Shown: one piece after another, positions 44,189 to 52,926 of the stretch
How the letters are laid out: each line of letters starts with the position of its first letter
How positions within the stretch are numbered: position 1 is the first letter of the stretch
DNA from: Acidilobaceae archaeon
GTDB taxonomy: Archaea; Thermoproteota; Thermoprotei_A; Sulfolobales; Acidilobaceae
DNA: 64,000 nt
Assembly (NCBI GenBank): GCA_038897215.1
Contig: JAWAWX010000001.1
Location: forward strand, 965,008 to 1,029,007
Direction of reading: 5' to 3'
Made by a program: the position numbers and the translations under genes
Notes under the pieces: generated by a model
The model's database searches: none
What the model saw: only the letters and a program-made list of their open reading frames with translations
What the model was told of the DNA's origin: nothing

Positions 44189-44983
44189 CTAGTACACTAT
44201 CGGTAGCCTGTGCTCGTAGCTCTTACCCATTCTAGCTATCACGGGTCTAGCCTCCTTCATCACCTCTCTAAGCTTCAGCCTTACCAGCTCCCCTTCTTTG
44301 ACCAGCTCGTCGACAGGAACCTCTATCCCGGAGATCTTGGAGAAGACTCTGAGAGCCTCAGCTGCAGCCTCCGGGTCGGGTATGTCTAGGTAGGAGTCTG
44401 CCATTAAGAGCAGGTAGTTGAGTCTTTTTCTCAAAGCTTCTTTAAGCATAACAGCGTAGGGCCCTACTATGAAGCCCTCTCTGGCTTTAGAGGCGTTCTC
44501 CACGTTCTCGAACATCTTGTCGAGCGAGGGGTTAGATGACACCCAGTATACTCTAGGCTTCTCTAGCTCTGCTCTATCCGGGGTAGCTGTTCCAGTAAAG
44601 CCTACTATCGTGTCGACCCCCTTTAGTCTAGCGTACTCTATGAGAGCTAGCGAGAGAGCTATGGCTGCACGGCTACTCAAGACTATATCCGTGATGGCTA
44701 CTAGTAGCCTATCGTCTCCATAGACTCTTATCGGGCATACGTTCTCCCCCTCTCTCACGACCGCGACAGGCGGGAGTAGCACGTAGCTATCTATCCCAAC
44801 CTTGTCTTTCAACTGGAAGCTCTTCACTAAATGCATAGCAGCAATCTGACCAACGAGACCCACGTCGGGCAATCCTACGATCATGTATTTAGGTCTACCT
44901 ACTTCATGGAATTCTCTGAAGATGAAGCCCTCGATCTCCTCCTCATAGACGGGAGTCAACTCTAGGCGCCTCCAGCACAGCAT
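44189..44983 (-). CDS. PAC2-family protein (proteasome assembly chaperone-like, COG1938)
   Basis: MIVGLPDVGLVGQIAAMHLV is the typical PAC2 N-terminus, and the length fits. Confidence 0.7.
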   Translation of the reverse strand: MLCWRRLELTPVYEEEIEGFIFREFHEVGRPKYMIVGLPDVGLVGQIAAMHLVKSFQLKDKVGIDSYVLLPPVAVVREGENVCPIRVYGDDRLLVAITDIVLSSRAAIALSLALIEYARLKGVDTIVGFTGTATPDRAELEKPRVYWVSSNPSLDKMFENVENASKAREGFIVGPYAVMLKEALRKRLNYLLLMADSYLDIPDPEAAAEALRVFSKISGIEVPVDELVKEGELVRLKLREVMKEARPVIARMGKSYEHRLPIVY

Positions 44984-45033
44984 AATAGTCTCTAAAGCCT
45001 AAATAATACGAGGTGCTCTTCTTGCCTCTTAGA

Positions 45034-45261
45034 GTGGAGATAGCTCCTAGAGACTCCTGCATATCAGACATGGTGTGCGTAGTCCTCTGCCCCGAGGTCT
45101 TCGTGATAGAGAGGAGTGATGGGAGAGCAGCGATTAGAGCCTCCTTCAGGCTACAGGAGAGCGATCCTTCTCGAGGAGCTGTTAGCAGCGACCTAGCCTA
45201 TTGTGTTGAAGCTGCTGCCGAGAACTGCCCGGTTGAGATAATAAGGGTGGTGCGGGAGTGA
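45034..45261 (+). CDS. Single-cluster [4Fe-4S] ferredoxin with an Asp ligand (Pyrococcus furiosus Fd type)
   Basis: CISDMVCVVLCPEVF...YCVEAAAENCPVEIIRV has the same spacing as P. furiosus Fd (CIGDAICASLCPDVF...NCAKEAMEACPVSAI). I prefer the GTG start at 45034. The longest ORF starts at 45013. Confidence 0.7.
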   Translation: MEIAPRDSCISDMVCVVLCPEVFVIERSDGRAAIRASFRLQESDPSRGAVSSDLAYCVEAAAENCPVEIIRVVRE

Positions 45262-46028
45262 GGATAATCTCGGTCGATATAGGCGATTTCGATAGACTCT
45301 TCTACCCAGTAGTCCCACTGATAGTTCTAGCTGAGCACGAGGGAGTTGTTGACGCAATGGTTGCGACTTGGTGGGCGTCAGTCTCCTACAACCCTCCCAG
45401 GCTAGCTGTCTCTATAGCTCCAGAGAGGCTCACGTATAGGCTCATAGCTGAGTCCGGTAGATTCGGCGTCTCGGCTGTCAGCGTTGAGTATTTCGATAGA
45501 CTACTCTTCCTAGGAGACTTCTCGGGTAGGTTTTTGAGAGATAAGGTTGAGCGGTCGGGCTTCACTATAGTCAGAGGCTCTGCTCTAGGAGTGCCCATGA
45601 TAGGTGAGGCTTACGCTTCGGCAGAGCTCAAGGTATGGAGGATTATCGATGTTGGAGACCACGACTTAGTCATCGGCGATGTAGTTGCAGTCTACGGGCT
45701 CTCCTCTTTTAAGGGAGTCTGGAGGATAGAGGACTTCAAACCTATACTCTACCTTGGGAGAGTTAGAGAGCCGGGGCTCAAGAGAGCCTATATCGATATA
45801 GAGAAAGCGAGAACAGCGATAGCTGAAGTGAGGTACGATGAGAGTCTGATGGAGGCTAGAGAAGCTAGGAGAAGATTGCTAGACGAAGTCTCATCGGTAG
45901 TGGAGACCTCGCCGAGCCTCGAGGAGGCGGAGAGAAGAGTAGTCGAGACTGTGAAGAGATACGGGCTCGATGAGAGAGACGCGCGCTATCTACTCAAGGA
46001 GGCTCTAAAGAGGCTGAAGACTGTGTAA
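45258..46028 (+). CDS. Flavin reductase-like (FMN-binding split-barrel) protein with a helical C-terminal extension
   Basis: PLIVLAEHEGVVDAMVATWWASVSYNPPRLAVSI...DVGDHDLVIGDVVAV. 4-nt overlap with the ferredoxin gene. Confidence 0.7.
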   Translation: MRIISVDIGDFDRLFYPVVPLIVLAEHEGVVDAMVATWWASVSYNPPRLAVSIAPERLTYRLIAESGRFGVSAVSVEYFDRLLFLGDFSGRFLRDKVERSGFTIVRGSALGVPMIGEAYASAELKVWRIIDVGDHDLVIGDVVAVYGLSSFKGVWRIEDFKPILYLGRVREPGLKRAYIDIEKARTAIAEVRYDESLMEAREARRRLLDEVSSVVETSPSLEEAERRVVETVKRYGLDERDARYLLKEALKRLKTV

Positions 46029-46080
46029 CGGCTGCTCTTCAATCGCTCTCCTAGGCTAGCCTGCTTGTCTGCGATCTCCG

Positions 46081-46710
46081 CTAGTCTTGAGGTATCGCTG
46101 GCGCTCTAGGTAGCAACCCCTTGCCCTGAAGACCTGAGAACATTATAGATGTAGCTAGAGCTGCTAGAAGGAAGCTCAAGAATTTCTCTATCAACACCAT
46201 GCCCTGAGACCCTATGAGCTTCGTTATCTTCTCTCCTAGAGAGAACACTACATAGACTATCACTGCGTTTACTACAACAGCTAGGATGGCTACTGGGAGC
46301 CCGTAGGTGTATTTTATGAATAGAGTCACGGATGTCGCAGCTGGCCCTGCTAGCAGTGGAGTAGCTAGAGGAACTATCGCTGCCTCTTCTCCACCGCTCC
46401 TAGAGCCTCCTAGCTCTACTCCTAGTAGAGATGCTACCGCGTAGACTAGGAGCACTACTCCAGCAGCTATCTTGAAGTCTTCAAAGCTTATGTTGAAGAG
46501 CCCGAATAGGAGGTCTCCTAGTAGAGCGAAAGCTAGCAGGAACGATGTCATGGCTACTACCGTGGTTCTGAGAAGTGCTGGCCTACGAGTCGCATCGTAT
46601 CTACTCGCTATAGCCTGATAGTATGGGGTTACCGCTATCGGGTCTAAGACTATGAAGAGCATAACGATTGGCTTGATGTAGTAGAGTAGCTCGCTGAACT
46701 CTAGGAGCAT
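46081..46710 (-). CDS. MarC-family (UPF0056) integral membrane protein
   Basis: 209 aa with six hydrophobic segments. The N-terminus (MLFIVLDPIAVTPYY) is typical of the family. Confidence 0.55.
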   Translation of the reverse strand: MLLEFSELLYYIKPIVMLFIVLDPIAVTPYYQAIASRYDATRRPALLRTTVVAMTSFLLAFALLGDLLFGLFNISFEDFKIAAGVVLLVYAVASLLGVELGGSRSGGEEAAIVPLATPLLAGPAATSVTLFIKYTYGLPVAILAVVVNAVIVYVVFSLGEKITKLIGSQGMVLIEKFLSFLLAALATSIMFSGLQGKGLLPRAPAIPQD

Positions 46711-46726
46711 CGAGCGCTCCCCGCTT

Positions 46727-48082
46727 CTAAGCGACTACTCTAACCTCGTCGATGAGAAGCGGTGGAGCGTAGATAACGCCAGCTCCCTCAAGCTCTCTAC
46801 CTACAGCGAGGAGCTTGGAGCCCAGCATCTCGTAGAAGTCTCCTGAGACCATGCCGCTAACCACTGCTCCCTTGACTTCACCGTTTTCAATGTAGTCAGC
46901 GTTAGTGATAGTAGCGCTGAGATAGCCTCTCGTATAGTCTGAAAGCCACTCTCCTATCACCGAGTATACCACCAGTCCTCTCTTAACGTCTCCGATTAGC
47001 GACTCGAGAGGCTCGCTTCCAGGCTCTAGGATTAGGTTTAGTGGAGCAGGCTCGGGCATAGAGGAGATCTTGGGTCTCACAGCGTTGCCTGTCGACTCTA
47101 CCCCCTCTATGCTAGCTGTCCAGGTATCGTATAGAGGGGTTTTGAAGACTCCTTTCTCGACGACTATCGTTCGTCTAGACTCGACGCCCTCATCGTCGAA
47201 TCCTCTCGACCCTAGTGCCGCCTCTACTGTCGCATCATCTAGCACTGTGACCCGCTCGTCTAGCACTCTCTCTCCGAGTCTCCCCGCGAGAGGAGACCTC
47301 TTCTTCTGTATCGCGAGAGCCGAGATAGAGGGGGCTAGGAGAGCGTCTAGTATGCTAGCTGAGACCTTTGGAGCTAGGAGTACTCGCAGTACTCCAGTCT
47401 CTACCTTAGTCCTCCGTAGCCCGGCTAGACTCCTATCAGCTAGGCGTGCGGCTAGCCTCTCTACGTGTAGGTCGCTCAGCCTCCTCACAGTACTCTCTTC
47501 CCAGAACGCTGATTCCAGTCCAGCGTCTCTAGCCACACCCATGCAGACTAGTGTGAGCCACGTGCTCTCCTCAGCTACCACTTCTCTCTGAGTGTTGGCT
47601 ACGAGTCTCGCTACCACGCGAGAGCTGATAGAGCCTCTAGCGACCTCAACTCTTCCTCTGCTCGCGCTCTCTACATCTACCACGAGTTTCTCCAGAATAC
47701 CTGCCATAGTCTCGGATGAAGAGCTCACGATAGCCTCGTCGTAGATGCCTCTCGGCTTGCTGGAGGAGAGACCTCGAGGTAGCGCTCTCGGAGCACTGCT
47801 ATCTCCGCGCGCTTTACACATGCTGAGAGCTCTCTCGACAAGCGTCTCTACGTCTCTAACCCCCGAGACTACTCCCCCGACAACACTCACTCCTCTACCG
47901 CAGGATACTCTGGTAGCTAGGCTCACAACCACTCCCGCTTTTGAGAGCTCGATTGAGCCTCTGAGGAGACGCATGCTTCTCTCTCTAGCGTAGACAGCGT
48001 AGACTTCTGCTTCAAGAGCTCCCATGGCTTCAGCTCTCTTGATTGCTACCTCCGAGAGCTCTACCAGGCTAGCGACCACCAA
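46727..48082 (-). CDS. pmbA: PmbA-like member of the TldD/PmbA (peptidase U62) family
   Basis: The length and C-terminal domain are similar to the upstream paralog, but it lacks the HExxxH motif. The start overlaps the tldD stop by 14 nt. Confidence 0.75.
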   Translation of the reverse strand: MVVASLVELSEVAIKRAEAMGALEAEVYAVYARERSMRLLRGSIELSKAGVVVSLATRVSCGRGVSVVGGVVSGVRDVETLVERALSMCKARGDSSAPRALPRGLSSSKPRGIYDEAIVSSSSETMAGILEKLVVDVESASRGRVEVARGSISSRVVARLVANTQREVVAEESTWLTLVCMGVARDAGLESAFWEESTVRRLSDLHVERLAARLADRSLAGLRRTKVETGVLRVLLAPKVSASILDALLAPSISALAIQKKRSPLAGRLGERVLDERVTVLDDATVEAALGSRGFDDEGVESRRTIVVEKGVFKTPLYDTWTASIEGVESTGNAVRPKISSMPEPAPLNLILEPGSEPLESLIGDVKRGLVVYSVIGEWLSDYTRGYLSATITNADYIENGEVKGAVVSGMVSGDFYEMLGSKLLAVGRELEGAGVIYAPPLLIDEVRVVA

Positions 48083-49454
48083 CCATTACACCCTCTACCC
48101 TAACGTGGGGACCGCCTAAGCCTACTCTAACCACCTGCCCCTCCTTGCCGCAACCCCCGAAAACGCTGGTTCTCACTCTGAGGTCTCTGCCTACAGCCTT
48201 GACTCTAGAGAGGAAGTCGAGTATCCTGCCTGAGATGAGTGCTCCTCTAACGAGCTCCACCACCTCCCCTCTCTTCACGAGATAGGAGGGTCCAGCGTAG
48301 AAGGTGAAAGCACCCGTGGCTGAATCCACCTCACCCCCGCCTCCCCCCATCCCCCTCAGGTAGATCCCGTCGAGGTCTTCGAAGAGCTCTTCTAGCCTGT
48401 AGTCTCCTGGAGCTATGTAGAAGTTGGTTTGTCTCACTAGCGGGGAGGATGTGAAGCCTGACGCTCTAGCATTCCCTGTAGTCTTGAGGCCCAGGCTTCT
48501 AGCCACACTCCTGCTAGTCAGGTACTCTCTCAAGACTCCTCTATCTACGACTACAACTCTCCTCTTAACCACACCCTCTTCGTCGAAGAGCACAGGATAT
48601 CCTCCATCTACCATGCCGTCATCGATTACAGTGACCTGCTCCGATGCTATCTTCTCTCCGAGCTTGCCTGAGAGAACTGAGGCCCCTGCTGCTACGAGGT
48701 CTCCTTCAGCTGCGTGTCCTAGAGCTTCGTGAATAACCGTGCCTACTAGGTCGTTATCGATAACAGCATCGTAGACTCCTGTTGGAGGCATCCTGGCTTG
48801 AGAAGCCTTCACAGCTATCTCCGTGACCTCTGAAGTGAAGCTCCTCCAATCAAAGCTCCTTATCTTCTCCCAGCCTCCCTCGAAGCTCTTCGAGTCTCTG
48901 ACTTTCTCCGCTACTCCCGCTGTCTTTGCTACAACGCTGTGAGCTATGCCTACTAGCGTGACTTCTCTCCAGGAGACTGTGCCGTCTAGCCTCGCTACTA
49001 GAACGTAGTCTCTCTCTACTCCCAGAGTCGTAGTGACCGATGCGACCCCCTGGGTCTCCAGCGACTCTCTATTCAGGTCTCTGACTAGCTCTATCTTCTC
49101 CTCGGGGTCTACTGCTAGAGGGTCTTCTACCACGACACTCCTATACTCTACTCTCCTAGGCTCGACCTCGGCGAGAGCCCAGCTTCTAGCTGGGAGAGCT
49201 GATTCTACGGCTAGTCTCGCAGCCTCTCTAGCCGAGTCCCAGTCTAGAGTTGAGGTGTAGGCTAAGCCTCTGCCTTTCTCCGTGTAGACCTCAACAGTGA
49301 GCCCCGAGGAGGTAGTGTAGCTGTGTTCTCTCAAGTAGCCGCTATCGACCGAGACTAGCTCATGCTCCGTCCTATGGACTCTAACAACTGCGTCTACAGC
49401 TCCCAGAGAGCCAGCCAGCTTGGCTACTCTCTCGGCTAAATCAGCGTAGAGCAT
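48069..49454 (-). CDS. tldD: TldD-like metalloprotease (peptidase U62)
   Basis: GTVIHEALGHAAEGD (HExxGH metal site), GNARA and GGGGGEVD motifs. Confidence 0.85.
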   Translation of the reverse strand: MLYADLAERVAKLAGSLGAVDAVVRVHRTEHELVSVDSGYLREHSYTTSSGLTVEVYTEKGRGLAYTSTLDWDSAREAARLAVESALPARSWALAEVEPRRVEYRSVVVEDPLAVDPEEKIELVRDLNRESLETQGVASVTTTLGVERDYVLVARLDGTVSWREVTLVGIAHSVVAKTAGVAEKVRDSKSFEGGWEKIRSFDWRSFTSEVTEIAVKASQARMPPTGVYDAVIDNDLVGTVIHEALGHAAEGDLVAAGASVLSGKLGEKIASEQVTVIDDGMVDGGYPVLFDEEGVVKRRVVVVDRGVLREYLTSRSVARSLGLKTTGNARASGFTSSPLVRQTNFYIAPGDYRLEELFEDLDGIYLRGMGGGGGEVDSATGAFTFYAGPSYLVKRGEVVELVRGALISGRILDFLSRVKAVGRDLRVRTSVFGGCGKEGQVVRVGLGGPHVRVEGVMVGGR

Positions 49455-49538
49455 CTCACGAGCACCCCTGAGTTATCGCCAATCTTAAGCTTATATACGT
49501 GAGCCTGCTGTAACACGCGCGAGGAGGGAGCGCACGTA

Positions 49539-49856
49539 TTGGTTAGCGATAAGGCTATCGGTATCACCTTAGTAGCAGTGTCTCTCGTAGTCATACTGCT
49601 CTACGCTTGGCTACTATTCCTGCCCCCCGACGTGAGAGTGCTTGGTAGAGAGCTCTCCGGAGAAGAGGTCTCAATGCTTGTAATCAAGGCTACAGTGATG
49701 GCTGGAGTTCTGGTAGTCTTCGGTCTCGTAGCCTGGATAGGCTACACTCTAGCCACGACACCTCCCCCCAAGCCTATAGAGGAGATCGAGAGAGAGATAG
49801 AGGATGAGCTGAGGAAGCTCGGGTCGTCGAGAGGCAGCGAGAGAGAGCTGAAATGA
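49539..49856 (+). CDS. Hypothetical 2-TM membrane protein with an acidic tail
   Basis: Two hydrophobic segments followed by PIEEIEREIEDELRKL. The stop overlaps the next start (ATGA). Confidence 0.5.
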   Translation: MVSDKAIGITLVAVSLVVILLYAWLLFLPPDVRVLGRELSGEEVSMLVIKATVMAGVLVVFGLVAWIGYTLATTPPPKPIEEIEREIEDELRKLGSSRGSERELK

Positions 49857-50983
49857 GAGCTGTGGGCGTAGACCCGGGGACGGGTAGCTTCGACGTAGTA
49901 GCTGTCGAGGACGGTAGAGTAGTCAGCTCTCGCTCGATACCAACGGATAGAGTGGCGAGAGAGCCGGAGCTCTTGGTGGAGCTCGTTCTATCTCTCGACG
50001 CTGACGTGATCGTAGCCCCCTCAGGCTACGGGGTTCCAGTCACTAGAGGAGACGAGGTCCTAGACGCTAGGAGATTCGCTCTAGAGGTTCTACTCTTGTC
50101 TAGCGAGAGCGACGTTAACCGGGGGGTTAGCGGGGGAGAGTTCGGAGTCCTAGTCTACGACGCTCTAGCCAAGACAGTCGAAGCTCTCCTAGAGAGAGCT
50201 CGCTCCAAGACTATATTCATACCCTCAGTCATCCTCCTCCCCACAGTGCCCTGGTGGAGGAAGATAAACAAGATAGACATGGGGACAGCGGACAAGCTAG
50301 CCTCAGCCTACCTAGCCGTGTACGAGCTCCAGGAGAGAGAGGGGGGCTTCGAGAAAGTGAACGCTGTAGTAGCAGAGCTAGGCTTCGGCTACAACGCCGC
50401 GGTAGCCGTGAGGAGAGGGCTGATCGTCGACGGAGTGGGAGGGACCATGGCCTCAACCGGGGTGATTACAGCGGGTTGCCTAGACTTGGAGGTAGTAGCT
50501 GGAGCCGGTTGCTGGAGCAGATGGGATATCCTGAAGGGGGGGCTAGCCGAGCTCGGAGCAATCTCTCTCGAGAAAGCTGGGAGCGAAGTCTTGGAGGCTT
50601 ATGCTGAAAACGTGGCGAAAGACGTGGCTAAAGCCTTAGTCTCGACTCCCGAGGCTGAGATAGTCGTTGTGACGGGCAGGCACGCTAGAGTCGAGGAGGT
50701 CCGCAAGCTTCTACAAGAGAAGCTCCGAGACGTCCAGGTAGTCGAGCTGAGAGGGCTACCCGGAGCCGGGAGCGTCAAGGAGGCCGCTCAAGGCTACGCT
50801 CTCCTAGGCTTAGACCTAGCCGGAGGGCTGGAGGAGAGGCTGGCGAGCAGGATGAGGATAGATGAGGCTTGCGGGACCGTGGCTGACCACCTCATCCACC
50901 CTAGAGCCGCTGAGCTCAAGAGGAGGATTAGAGAGAGCTACTCCTCTACTGTGGCTAAGCCCCGTTTCTGCCATTCAATCTGA
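49853..50983 (+). CDS. ASKHA (actin/Hsp70/sugar-kinase) fold protein, DUF1464-like (annotated elsewhere as predicted butyrate kinase)
   Basis: MRAVGVDPGTGSFDVV (phosphate-1 DxGxG), AELGFGYNAAV (phosphate-2) and VVVTGRHA (adenosine motif), in ~376 aa. Confidence 0.6.
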   Translation: MRAVGVDPGTGSFDVVAVEDGRVVSSRSIPTDRVAREPELLVELVLSLDADVIVAPSGYGVPVTRGDEVLDARRFALEVLLLSSESDVNRGVSGGEFGVLVYDALAKTVEALLERARSKTIFIPSVILLPTVPWWRKINKIDMGTADKLASAYLAVYELQEREGGFEKVNAVVAELGFGYNAAVAVRRGLIVDGVGGTMASTGVITAGCLDLEVVAGAGCWSRWDILKGGLAELGAISLEKAGSEVLEAYAENVAKDVAKALVSTPEAEIVVVTGRHARVEEVRKLLQEKLRDVQVVELRGLPGAGSVKEAAQGYALLGLDLAGGLEERLASRMRIDEACGTVADHLIHPRAAELKRRIRESYSSTVAKPRFCHSI

Positions 50984-51157
50984 GTAAACGCGTGCAAAGA
51001 AGAGGGGCTTTTGCCATCTCTTGAATTCAAGGAAGAGAACTTCAGCCCTGGTCGTGGCGCTTTCGTCTATCTCTGAACCCCCGTAGCCTCTTGGGCCCTT
51101 CATTCTATGCCATCCGTGTGGTAGCAGACATTAACGGAGATATGCTCGCTTTCCCCG

Positions 51158-51685
51158 CTATCTCTCGACGTCTTCTAGTAGCTTTAGCTGCTTTGATGAA
51201 ATTCTATGCTCGAGAGCTATGACTACCTCTCTCCAGGCTCTGATCGTCTTCTCCAGGCTTCTCTCTGAAGCCCCAGCTTTTCTCGAAGCCTCCTTTACGG
51301 CTCTCGACTTAGAGTAGCCGCTGAGCCTTAGATACAGGTATAGCGCTAGCGCTACTCTCACTCTCAGCTTTCTCGGCTTTAGCAGAGGGTGCTTGGTGAT
51401 CTCTACGAGGATCTCGTAGACTTCTCTGCTACTCCTAAGCACTCCTAGAGCCTTCTTGTTCACCACAGAGGCTAGAGGATCGGCTCTGGCTTCTTCCAGG
51501 AGCCTGGGGAGCCCACGAAGAGCTCTCTGCTCTCTCCTAGCTTGCCTAGTCTCGTTCTCAGCGTACTGAGGCCTGTCGTCTAGCAGGTGCTCTGCGACTA
51601 CTGCTCCGCACGAGGAGCAGACCACGTTACCGTAGAACTCATCCCACACCAGGCTAGTGCTCGAGCAGTACGGGCATCTAGCCAT
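51158..51685 (-). CDS. Truncated TFIIB/TFB paralog (zinc ribbon plus partial cyclin-like helices; TFB3-like)
   Basis: The N-terminal CPYCSSTSLVWDEFYGNVVCSSCGAVVAEHLLDD is a TFIIB-type zinc ribbon. RVRVALALYLYLRLSGYSKSRAVKEASRKAGASERSLEKTIRAW resembles one cyclin-repeat helix pair. Only 175 aa, against ~300 for a full TFB. Confidence 0.65.
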   Translation of the reverse strand: MARCPYCSSTSLVWDEFYGNVVCSSCGAVVAEHLLDDRPQYAENETRQARREQRALRGLPRLLEEARADPLASVVNKKALGVLRSSREVYEILVEITKHPLLKPRKLRVRVALALYLYLRLSGYSKSRAVKEASRKAGASERSLEKTIRAWREVVIALEHRISSKQLKLLEDVER

Positions 51686-51786
51686 GAGAGTTCTCCGCGT
51701 TACTCGAGGCGAGCTGGAGATAGATGAGTGGAGCTGGGAGGAGAGCCCAGTCTCTCTCGGGCGTCGCTGGAAGTAATCCTAGCGCT

Positions 51787-52407
51787 CTACCTCTTCTCCT
51801 CCTCGAGGTAGAAGCCTAGAGCTTCCTCCACTACTCTCCTATCGTAGCTGACTGAGAATCTCTCAGCGATCTCCTCTATCTTCTCGAGTAGTCTCGAGGG
51901 CTCGCGAGAGCTCTCTCCAAGCTCTCTCAAGGCTAGAGCGTAGAGGGTCTCGACGAGAGACCAAGGATAGAAGATCCAGACCCATCTCTCCAGCCTCTCA
52001 ACATAGTAGTCTGGAGTGTAGAACGAGGAGCTCTTGAGATGAATCACTGCTGTTCTAACCTCTTGAGCCCCCATGGCTTTAACGGCTTCGGCCACCTCTG
52101 CTAGAGTCTTCCCGGTATCGGCTACCTCGTCTACGATGAGAACTTTCTTGCCTCTAACAGCCTCGGGTGGCGGCTGCTCTATCCGCGGCTTCTCGTAGAG
52201 CTCTCTAGCTACACCCCAGTGCTTCACTCTAACAGCGTAGAACTCCGGGACGTTCAAGACATCGCTGATCACGAGAGCTGGGAGCACACCTCCTCTGAGA
52301 ACAGCGACTAGAGCATCTGGCTTGAACCCGGACTCAGCTACGCGCAACGCTAGCCTGTAGCAGTAGTCCACGACGTCGCTCCAAGATAGGTAGACGACCT
52401 CAGCCAC
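51787..52407 (-). CDS. Purine phosphoribosyltransferase (type I PRTase)
   Basis: KKVLIVDEVADTGKTL (PRPP-binding motif). The N-terminal region resembles Gpt/Hpt. Confidence 0.75.
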   Translation of the reverse strand: MAEVVYLSWSDVVDYCYRLALRVAESGFKPDALVAVLRGGVLPALVISDVLNVPEFYAVRVKHWGVARELYEKPRIEQPPPEAVRGKKVLIVDEVADTGKTLAEVAEAVKAMGAQEVRTAVIHLKSSSFYTPDYYVERLERWVWIFYPWSLVETLYALALRELGESSREPSRLLEKIEEIAERFSVSYDRRVVEEALGFYLEEEKR

Positions 52408-52443
52408 GCTTCCACTCTCTCAGAGAGAGAGTCTAGGTTAAGC

Positions 52444-52896
52444 CTATATGTCTACGACGAATCTCAGAGTCCAGCAACCTCTCTCCTCGACTACGCTCAT
52501 CTGAGCATAGGTCATAGCCTTGACTAGAGTCTTGCTGGGGTGACGCTCGGGGTCGAAGACTTCTCCCCAAGCGCGAGCTCTTAGCCTCATGGAGTCACCC
52601 GATGCCTCGACTCGCTCGACTTCGAACCTGGAGAACAAGAGCCTGCTCTCATCCGTCTTAACAAGGAGGCTCTCGATCCACTTGTAGACCAGGTTTAGGA
52701 GGTCGAAGCCCTCGGCTTCGACTTCCACCTCTACTCTATGCTCTACTCTACTGGTATCCGTCATAACCTCGTAGACTCCTAGAGCAGCCTGCTCTAGAGC
52801 CTCCGATAGGCTCCTACCTTTAGCCTCTATCAGGACGTCTGCCGTGTGCTCTAGGTGTCTAAAGCCGGGCTCGCACTTCTCCAAAGCCTTCTCCAC
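52444..52896 (-). CDS. Archease (RtcB tRNA ligase cofactor)
   Basis: FRHLEHTADVLIEAKG, KAMTYAQMSV and a length of 150 aa. Confidence 0.88.
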   Translation of the reverse strand: MEKALEKCEPGFRHLEHTADVLIEAKGRSLSEALEQAALGVYEVMTDTSRVEHRVEVEVEAEGFDLLNLVYKWIESLLVKTDESRLLFSRFEVERVEASGDSMRLRARAWGEVFDPERHPSKTLVKAMTYAQMSVVEERGCWTLRFVVDI

Positions 52897-52926
52897 CCCC
52901 CAGGAGCCTCTACTTCTCTATGAGAG

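Noticed and set aside
50229-50607. Two overlapping Arg/Ser-rich ORFs (50229..50456 minus, 50254..50607 plus) inside the DUF1464-like gene
   Set aside because: They are alternative frames of a G+C-rich stretch within a gene that has clear ASKHA motifs in the main frame. The translations are low-complexity.
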